Positions 53,745-64,000 of a stretch of 64,000 nt of DNA are shown here, one piece after another (positions within the stretch are counted from its first letter, which is position 1; each line of letters starts with the position of its first letter). Origin of the DNA: Octopus vulgaris. Its lineage: Eukaryota. Where the stretch lies: contig OX597831.1 in assembly GCA_951406725.2 (NCBI GenBank), positions 46,624,001 through 46,688,000 on the forward strand, given 5' to 3'. Made by a program: the position numbers and the translations under genes. The notes below the pieces were generated by a model that did not search any database, had not been told where the DNA came from, and was given only the letters and a program-made list of their open reading frames with translations.

Positions 53745-54020
53745 AATACGACGGGCTTCTTTCAGTTTCCGCCTACCAAATCCACTTACAAGGCTTTGGT
53801 CGGCCCGAGGCTATAGTGGAAGACACTTGCCCAAGGCGCCACGCAACATCGCTTGACAACTGATGCTGATGTGTTTACGTCCCCGTAACTTAGCGGTTCG
53901 GCAAAAGAGACCGATAGAATAAGTGCTAGGCTTACAAAGAATAAGTCCTGGGGTCGATTTGCTCGACTGAACCATGTGGTTGGTAAGCAAGCTACTTACC
54001 ACACAGCCATTCCTACGCCT
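53177..54020 (-). mobile_element. SINE family 2 inserted in the PLE RT, itself containing an HHR cassette and an inverted SINE segment
   Basis: Tail 53177-53400; head 53745-54020; inverted piece 53844-53968. Confidence 0.75.
53508..53596 (-). ncRNA. Minimal type I hammerhead ribozyme, intact core, long helix II
   Basis: tttcttc-CTGAAGA-GAAAGACACAA...TTGTGCCTTTC-GAAA-CACGTG-TA-gaatgaaa; the cassette 53448-53693 sits between (TA)n tracts. Confidence 0.75.
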
Positions 54021-54890
54021 ATTTCACTATTTCTAGAATTTATGGATCCACAGCTAGGATTTTGTGTGAAATTGTTTTGATGGCCTTTCAGAGTTATAAA
54101 AGGATTTCGTGGGATAAGCTTTTCTACTTTGTCTTCTATTTTGAACTTTGTGGCTAGATGCTTTGCTTCTATATTAATTGAATTATAAGTGGTGGGGTTT
54201 GTCCTCTTGTCTGTTTTAGTTATGTTTTCGGTTATTCGTTTGCTATGTGTTTGGTTATTTACCCCGTAAATATTTTTTGTTTTATTTACTTTAATAAACA
54301 GGTTCATTGATGTTTTGAAAGGTTCGATATACGTCTGTAATATGTGTTGGAACTTGTTGGAATTTTAGTTGAATTTTGCATTTCTAACTAACTTTATCAG
54401 ATCGTTTTAGAAAATGGTTTAAGAAAATAAGAAGACGGCTTAAGAAAATAAGAGATAAACCCAAATACAAATTTATACAATTTGATACACCAAATGCAAA
54501 TTTATAAACCTAAATGCAAATTTATACAATTTGATATCGTAGAGTTCTACCCCTTGATTTCAAAAAGATAGCTTCAGAAAGCACTTGAATTTAGCAAAAC
54601 ATGTCACTATAACAAATACAGATAGAGCCATAATTATGAACGCAAGGAAGTCATTACTCTTTCATGATAATTTCTACTGGGTAAAAAAGAATTAATACAA
54701 GTTATTTGACGTAGCAATGGGGAGCTATGACAGTGCTGAGATAGCTCACCTTGTTCGGCATTATATCCTAGATGTCCTTAAAAAAGAAATAAAAGTATCT
54801 AACATAGGTTTATATTGGAATGATGCCCCGAGAGTAGTACACTATAGAAACGGACATGATATGCTGCGATTTATGCATTAGTGGTATATG

Positions 54891-54955
54891 GATTCATCGC
54901 TGCATATTAATATGCAACAATATGCAGCTGGTGCGAATGAAACACGTGTCGGACT
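54891..54955 (+). ncRNA. 3' half of a hammerhead motif
   Basis: attc...gctgcatatt...aatatgcagc...gaat-GAAA-CACGTG-TC-ggac; CUGANGA is missing; directly follows the PLE RT. Confidence 0.45.
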
Positions 54956-55048
54956 ATTATTAACTAACTGGAAATAAACACAGTTTGAATGTTCAAATTC
55001 TTCTATCTTCTCATTCTCCTTAAATATATATATATACACAAACAAACA

Positions 55049-55115
<67 letters not shown>

Positions 55116-55295
55116 GCGATAGGCACAATTCCCCACCACCAGCACAACCACCAAATTCACTGAGAAGGCATTCGTTGTATCGGGGCCATAGTAGATAAGA
55201 CTTGGCCAACATATTGCGTTATGGGACAGAAGACGCCGACATTGCGTGACTGCGCAGCGAGTTTCTTAATCACAGTCATGCTCTCTACACACAGA

Positions 55296-56650
<1,355 letters not shown>

Positions 56651-56718
56651 AAATTATATATATATATACATACATACACACGCACACCTATACATACATA
56701 CATACATACATACATACA

Positions 56719-56788
<70 letters not shown>

Positions 56789-56791
<3 letters not shown>

Positions 56792-56994
56792 GAGGGATGC
56801 TGAAAAGTTCCTGAAAATAGGGGAGGATCAGTTAATTATGATTTTATTCAATGTATTACCCTCTCGGATTCACACACTTATTGCAGCGGTTCTTCAGTTT
56901 TTCTAAACCCTCTAAAAGAAATCGGATGTTTGGGCCTCCAAACAGTATCTTTCGCGATACTCTTAAAACCAGGAACTTTTCATCACCTCTCGTG
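56789..56994. mobile_element. mariner-derived MITE
   Basis: TIRs CACGAGGGATGCTGAAAAGTTCCTG / CAGGAACTTTTCATCACCTCTCGTG; the minus strand retains the transposase end [17 protein letters not shown]. Confidence 0.75.
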
Positions 56995-56996
56995 TA

Positions 56997-57076
<80 letters not shown>

Positions 57077-57091
57077 CTATCTATCTATCCA

Positions 57092-57167
<76 letters not shown>

Positions 57168-57187
57168 CATATCTACCTATCCATCCA

Positions 57188-57236
<49 letters not shown>

Positions 57237-57272
57237 GTCTGTCTATCTGTCTGTCTATCGGTCTGTCTGTCG

Positions 57273-57312
<40 letters not shown>

Positions 57313-58359
57313 GTCTATCTATCTGTCTGTCTGTCTGTCTATCTATATTGCATTTAAACTGGATTTAATTTTCATGAACTTTATAATTATCAATAATTAA
57401 TAATGGGTCTTTTTTTAAGTACCTCTTTACATTTATGCAGTTCGATATAATAGTGATTTATCCGTCAATAACTAAATCTCGTCTTTAAAATACTTCACAA
57501 ATCGGTGAATGTCTCACTCCAATTAGATATGGACATTAATATTAATGTAATTTCACGGTAGTTTCTTCTAGGTTAAACGTAGTTGCTAGAAATTGTTTGA
57601 TGTATTCATGTGATCGGAAGATATAACTGAGGAATATGATTTTACACTTTAAAGTTACTTTAGTGGAGATTCGGCTAACTTTAATCAGTTCTTTTTTCTC
57701 CTGATGATGGGTATTAATTTGGTGAAGTGTGAATGGTAATAAAATCAAAGCTGCTTGGACGTAGTTCATCAATATATTTAAAGAGTTATAGCTAAACATC
57801 ACAGTAGATGATCTTTTCATAAACAATTTCTCAGATATAACTCTTGATTCAGCTACTGTTAAATTCTGTTCTTATAGTAATGTTTATATGAACTTGCAGT
57901 ATATTAATATTCATTCTAACCATCCATAAATAATTATTTAAAATATTTGTTAGCTCATATTAGACACATCCTCTGGCGATAAATCTTTTAACCGTGCCAT
58001 TTATTACTACAATGAGATTAAAAGACAGAGGCTTTTACTAAGATACTTTAATATTCATAAACATTAATATTATAAATTGCAACAATAATATTCATAAACG
58101 CAAAATAGGAAATGAATTATTTTATTATATAATCCTCTAGATAGGTTAAATGTCCTTTCAGAAGTTAACAAGTTTTACCTAAACAGTATGAATATGCGTT
58201 TTTTGTAGATCATCCGTGTAAGATATTTAATAAGAGAAGCGTTTAAGTAAGCTATAGTTACACAAAGAATTTGCTGTCTACATCATTAGAGTGACCATAA
58301 AAAACACTGGTTCGATATATTCTGCTAGCGCTCTAGACAAGTTTTAACATCAAGTCCTC

Positions 58360-59500
58360 AGAGTTTTTCAGGTAGGCGTCTTGGCCAATTGTAGCAATCT
58401 TCATTGTTAATGGCAGTTGTAAAAGTCTACTGCATCCCACTTTTCTTAGCAGATAAAGTCGTTCTATATTTGCCTTAGGGTGGTGCATTTGATAAAGGTA
58501 GCTTGCACACATTTATCGAGGCCAAATTGCATCCTGATGTCATCACTGAATTGTTTAACAATCGCTAGTAAACCCTTGCGTTGTTGGTCATTTTTTGCAA
58601 ATAGCTTTAAATCATCCATGTAAATGAGATGATTTATATTTTTATCAAACATTTTATAACCGTACTGTGCATCATTGAACAATTTTGAGAGAGGTATTAA
58701 GGCTAGATAAAAGAGTATTGGTGATAGTGAGTCACACTGGAAAATGCCACATGAAATCTTTACATCTCCAGCATTTAGGGATTCATTGTCACTGTTCAAA
58801 GTCAGTGTGTTTCTCCATGATCGCATACTTACAGACAAAATGTTTCGCAGAGTAGGAACTATTTTATACATTTCCAGACATTTCTGAATCCAGCTATGTG
58901 GTAGGCTATCAAAAGCTTTCTTATAGTCTATCCAGGCTATTGACAAGTTTTTGAGTCGTTTGTGACTATCTTCTTAGATCTTATTGATGAGTAGCTGATC
59001 TTTACAACCATAAGATACACGTTTACATCATTTTTGCTCATTAGGGAATATGCTACATTCTATTAAAAAAACTATAGGTATATTCAGTCAGGACAGATGT
59101 TAGCGTTTCATACATTGTTATTAAACAGGTTATGGGTCGATAATTTTTTGGTTCATTTGTTTCTTCCCTTTTTGGAAGTAGGAATGTTAAACCATTAACT
59201 AGCCAAGAGGGCATCATACTAGGATGTTGCAAAATATCGTTGTAAAGTTTTGTTAGTGGTTCGTGGCTCTCTGGGAAGGCGTTCAACCAGAAGTTAGGAA
59301 TTTTATCCTTTCCTGGAGACTTCCATTTGCTTGACCTCCTTCTACCTTGACACCCTCCCACTTTTGCTCCTCTAAGGAGTCTAAGTCTGTAGATATTCTA
59401 TCAATCCAAGGGGCCTTTTCGTTGTTTGTTTTTTCTTCTGCTCAAATTTTATTCCAAAATTCCTGCACTTCTTCTTTTGATGGGACAGACTTTACTGTAA
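58360..59500 (-). mobile_element. R4/Dong-like LINE reverse transcriptase fragment
   Basis: WKSPGKDKIPNFWL, NYRPITCL, AWIDYKKAFDSLPHSWI, GIFQCDSLSP, HLIYMDDLKL and FGLDKC motifs. Confidence 0.92.
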
Positions 59501-59501
59501 C

Positions 59502-59534
<33 letters not shown>

Positions 59535-61060
59535 TAATTTTAATTTGCATGTTTGTTACAGTTATTTGCTGAGGCACACCCAGTGTTCTAGGGCGAGTGG
59601 AGGATAAGAGATGTTACAGAATGACTAAAAGCTTGGGGAGGGGAAGTGGAAGGGGCTGTAGCGGAATATATTCATATAATACAACACAGACATTTAAATT
59701 TATAGGGTTTTCTAAGGTTATGGGCAGTACTTGTAAGCACAGTCTTTTGGATTTATTTGAGACATGGTTCTCCTGGGATCTTATCTAGATGTTTCTGACA
59801 TCCTTTTTCTTATCATACCCAGGGCACCTACAATAACAGAACAGTTCTCGCTTTAAGATCCCACATCTTTTGTATTTCAGTTTCCAGGTCCTTATATTTA
59901 CTTAATTTGTCAAATTCCTTTACAGGTACATTTCTACCAGTGGGAACGATTACTCTTATTAGTCTATAAGTATTTTCTTCTCTGTCTTTATAAATTATGT
60001 CTGGTCGATCAACCTGGATCGTTCTGTCAGTGTTGACTAGAAAATCTCAGAGGATAGTGACATTTTTACCTTCATCGACTGGCTCGGGATGATGTTCATA
60101 CCAGTAAGCAGGAATGCTGGTTTTGTAGTGTTTACATATTTTGCAATGTAAATACCGTCCTGCCCTATCATGGGGATTTTTGCATTCGTTTGGTGTCAGC
60201 ACAAGATATCCCGAGACCCGATGGTCTATTGTTTCATCAAATGTGTCGCAGAATCTGCATTTAGGGTCAGAACCATTTTGAAGAACGTTAGCATGGTAGT
60301 TTTTAGCAACAGAGCTTTGATCTTGTGCCGCCAATATGAAACATTCAATCTCTGCTTTCAGCCCTGAACTTCTCAGCCACTGAGTCTACATCAGCGTTTC
60401 AACTTCGAAATATATATTGTCCATGCAGAGGCCTCTGGCTCCACTGCTCCTCTATTTGTTTTTTTTGTTTTTTTTGCTACTTTCGTGTTTGTACACAAGC
60501 CGCAGAATCCAGTCCTAGATAAATATCTGGTCATTGCTATTGCGGAGATTTATAGTACAGTTCTACCTTCATCATTTCTCTTCCCTCGTTACTTCTAGGT
60601 GGGTATAAACGATCAACGTCTGGTTGTGGGTAGTGAATGTTCTTAGATGTTAATAGTTTTCTTGCTTTTCTCTATGGGCATTGGAGCGCTGTAAGGTTCT
60701 AGTTAACGATGTTAAAAATATATTGGACTACTGGATGTGTCAGGGTGTTAATAGCTACGATGTGATCTTTGAAGTTATGCTCAGTTTTTAGTATGAGTCT
60801 TATTCTCCTGTAATACTCCTTCCTTATTCTTTCATTCATAGTAGCATGTTGCATACATCTTCTTCGTTTATCCCCAAATATCTATAACTTTCTTGTGGGT
60901 CAAGCTCTTTGATGGTAACGTCGGTATCTCATTTAATGGAATTTGTTATTCTGAGCTTCACTCTTACAAAAGTTGCTTTAGCACACTTATCAAGGCCAAA
61001 ATCCATCCCGATCTTATTGCTGAACTCTTTAGCAGTTGTTAGCAACCCTAACAAACAGCT
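59535..61060 (-). mobile_element. R4/Dong-like LINE 3' half (RT end, Zn knuckle, RLE) with deletions
   Basis: MDFGLDKCAK; AAQDQS..NY; CRFCDTFDETIDH; RLE region; (TAA)n at both ends. Confidence 0.85.
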
Positions 61061-61434
61061 TCATATTATTATTATTATAATCATAAAAATAATAACTATT
61101 ATTACTGTTGTTGTTGTTGCTGTTGTTGTTCTTATTGATCTTCTTCTTCTTCTTCTTCTTCTTCTTCTTCTTCTTCTTCTTCTTCTTCTTCTTCTTCCTC
61201 TTCCTCTTCTTCTTCTTCTTTTTCTTCTTCCCCTCCTCCTCTTCCTCCTCCTCCTTCTCCTTGTTTTATGCTGGTCGATAGATTTCGATCAGTTACCTTA
61301 CAAATCTGTAAGAAGTAATAACTCTATATTACAGCGTAAGGATGTTTGGCGATTATTGATTTCTTACGATAAAACCAGATGTTATGACTTCCGTTTCCTC
61401 AGGGACGTCTCTCCCCATCATTTTCTCTCTCCCA

Positions 61435-61476
<42 letters not shown>

Positions 61477-61609
61477 CCTACCTACTTACCTACCTACCTA
61501 CATACCTATCTATCTATCTATCTATTTATCTTTCTATCTATCTATCTGCGTCTGTGTGTGTATGTATGTATGTATGTATGCATGTATGTATGTAATGAGC
61601 GATTCAATG

Positions 61610-62520
61610 TCATCCCAGTTGATTGACCTGGACATAGGAAGCTCTACAATCTACAAAGTTAACAATCACAGCCGGCATATTATTTCTGCTTGCAACTGCC
61701 CTCTAGAACAGGAAAGTAACTCCAGATATGAAAGTACCTCGACCATGAAAGTAACTCCAGATATGAAAGTAACTTGACCATGAAAGTAACTCCAGATATG
61801 AAAGTACCTTGATCATGAAAGTAACTCCAGATATGAAAGTACCTTGACCATGAAAGTAACTCAAGATATGAAAGTATCTTGACCATGAAAGTAACTCCAG
61901 ATATGAAAGTACCTCGACCATGAAAGTAACTCCAGATATGAAAGTAACTTGACCATGAAAGTAACTCCAGATATGAAAGTACCTTGACCATGAAAGTAAC
62001 TCCAGATATGAAAGTACCTCGACCATGAAAGTAACTCCAGATATGAAAGTAACTTGACCATGAAAGTAACTCCAGATATGAAAGTAACTTGACCATGAAA
62101 GTAACTCCAGATATGAAAGTACCTTGACCATGAAAGTAACTCCAGATATGAAAGTACCTCGACCATGAAAGTAACTCCAGATATGAAAGTACCTCGACCA
62201 TGAAAGTAACTCCAGATATGAAAGTACTTCGACCATGAAAGTAACTCCAGATTTGAAAGTACCTCGACCATGAAAGTAACTCTAGATATGAAAGTACCTC
62301 GACCATGAAAGTAACTCCAGATTTGAAAGTACCTCGACCATCTTCTCACAGCTACAAATTCTGCCTTCCCCTACCGGATCCAAAATACCAACCGCGCTTT
62401 TCATTAGCTTAACCACCTCTTTTCTTCATGCTCCCTCAACTCCTTTTCCCAATGGACAACGCGTCTCTGTATACAGGTCTCCTCCAAAATAGAGTCTTCT
62501 TGCTCTCAAATACTGTTTCA
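61610..62520 (+). pseudogene. Decayed Penelope-like RT split by a minisatellite
   Basis: KVNNHSRHIISACNCPLE before the array; KYLDHLL...IQNTNRAF...LLFPMDNASLYTG after it. Confidence 0.7.
61712..62340. repeat. 35-bp minisatellite, ~18 copies (TGAAAGTAACTCCAGATA + TGAAAGTACCTCGACCA)
   Basis: Directly visible tandem array with 18+17 subunit structure. Confidence 0.97.
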
Positions 62521-62704
62521 TTTTGCTCAGTTCACTCAGCCGAAATGAGTAACCACACGATGAAATGATGCTCTGTTCAGAGCGAATTTGGCCTGCCTGT
62601 CTAGCCAGTGAGGTGGCATCATTTGAAAGCTACAACAATGCGAGGAAGTGTATTGTGACGAGCAGTGTATAACAACATTCGATTCTTTGGTCATCGATAC
62701 AGTG

Positions 62705-63056
62705 ATATATGTGTATGTTCATGTATGCATGTATGCATACATATATGCATACACACACACACATATATATATATATACATATATATATACGTATATGTAT
62801 ATACATATGCACATACAAGCATACATATATATATATATATGTATGTTTAAATACATGTATGTACATATATATATATACACGCATACATATATACATGTAT
62901 GTATATATATGTTTATGTATATATATGTATATATATATACATACATATATGTATACATACATGTATGTGTACATATATATACATATGCATATATATATAT
63001 ATTTATATTTAAATATATACATATACATACGTTAATATGTGTTTATATATGTATAC

Positions 63057-63098
<42 letters not shown>

Positions 63099-63571
63099 AT
63101 ACATGCATACATACATACATACATGCATACATACATGTATGTATGTATGTATGTATGTATATGTGTATGAAAGAAAGAGAGATAGACAGAGAGAGGAAGG
63201 ACCGAGTACTGTAGTGAGGCTGATTATGATTTTCAATGATATGGCTAGAGGAAAGGCTGTAAGATAGAAACCAAACTTCACGATAAGCGAATACGTAGCG
63301 GTAGTGGAGATGCAAAGGATAGGATTATAAGCATGATAAATCGATGAAGCTTTATGACTTCAATTTAGGTTCCTGCCAATCGATTGTTTCCTCTACATTT
63401 CAAAGCTGCTTACCGAAATACATTTGTTAATAGTGAGAAAGTCAATTAGGGTCAACGATTCCTGTTTTTGTGTGCAGGTATGTGTTGTTGTACGTTTATT
63501 TCTATGTATGTATGTATGCATATATATGTGTATGTATGCATGCATATATGTGTGTATGTATGCATGCATGC

Positions 63572-63602
<31 letters not shown>

Positions 63603-64000
63603 TGTATGCAGGCATATATGTGTGTATGTATGCATGCATGCATGTATGTATTATGTATGTATGTATATACGTATGTATGTATATATGCATGTATGTATGT
63701 ACTCATGTATGTGTGTATGTATGTATGCATGTGTGTATGTATGTACGCATGTATGTATGTATGTATGTACGCATGTATGTGTGTATGTATGTATGTATGT
63801 ATGTATGTGTGTATGTATGTATGTATGTATGTACGCATGTATGTGTGTATGTATGCATGTATGTTTGTATGTATGTATGTACGCATATATATATGTATGT
63901 ATGCATGCATATATTTGTGTATGTATGTATGCGTGTATGTATGTATGTATGCATATATGTGCGTATGTATGTATGTATGCATGTATGTATGTATGCATAT
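62705..64000. repeat. Degenerate (TA)n/(GTAT)n/(GCAT)n low-complexity tracts (62705-63165 and 63480-64000)
   Basis: Directly visible. Confidence 0.95.

Larger units (their letters stand above)
52670..54870. mobile_element. Penelope-like RT with inverted partial duplication (minus 52670-54410 interrupted by a SINE; plus 54410-54865)
   Basis: INIEAKHLA...PFITLKGHQNNFTQNPSCGSINSRNSEIG; KFIQFDIVEFYP; LFDVAMGSYDSAEIAHLV...NIGLYWNDA (PLE-type FDVTMGSYDGAE / GLYRDDG motifs). Confidence 0.85.

Noticed and set aside
58360-61060. One circularly permuted R4/Dong element
   Set aside because: The overlapping FGLDKC regions differ substantially and are separated by (TAA)n; two independent insertions are simpler.
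61712-62340. CRISPR-like periodic array and its repetitive ORFs
   Set aside because: No unique spacers, no cas genes and a eukaryotic context; it is a plain tandem repeat whose 35-bp period produces the ORFs.

Overview
AT-rich, repeat-saturated animal DNA. The SINE, LINE and microsatellite repertoire resembles octopus/cephalopod genomes (inference). No intact host gene is evident, and almost all listed ORFs are translations of (TA)n, (CA)n, (GTAT)n, (GATA)n or (TAA)n tracts. The remaining coding-like signal comes from decayed transposons: R4/Dong-type RLE LINEs, RTE and CR1 LINE 3' ends, Penelope-like element (PLE) RT and GIY-YIG pieces, a mariner, a Merlin/ISXO2 derivative, and hAT/piggyBac/mariner MITEs. 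There are also about 25 tRNA-derived SINE copies. The main hidden signal is a set of short non-coding cassettes inserted in (TA)n tracts, often with fold-back inverted repeats, that carry minimal hammerhead ribozyme (HHR) motifs. About 15 intact, variant or degenerate motifs from several unrelated families are visible. They include a young 363-bp tandem retrozyme-like unit with a compensatory U3-A8 core and a family whose three hammerhead strands appear in a non-circularly permuted order. A 35-bp minisatellite has arisen inside a PLE RT. All pairings and alignments were made by eye, and boundaries of degenerate elements are approximate.
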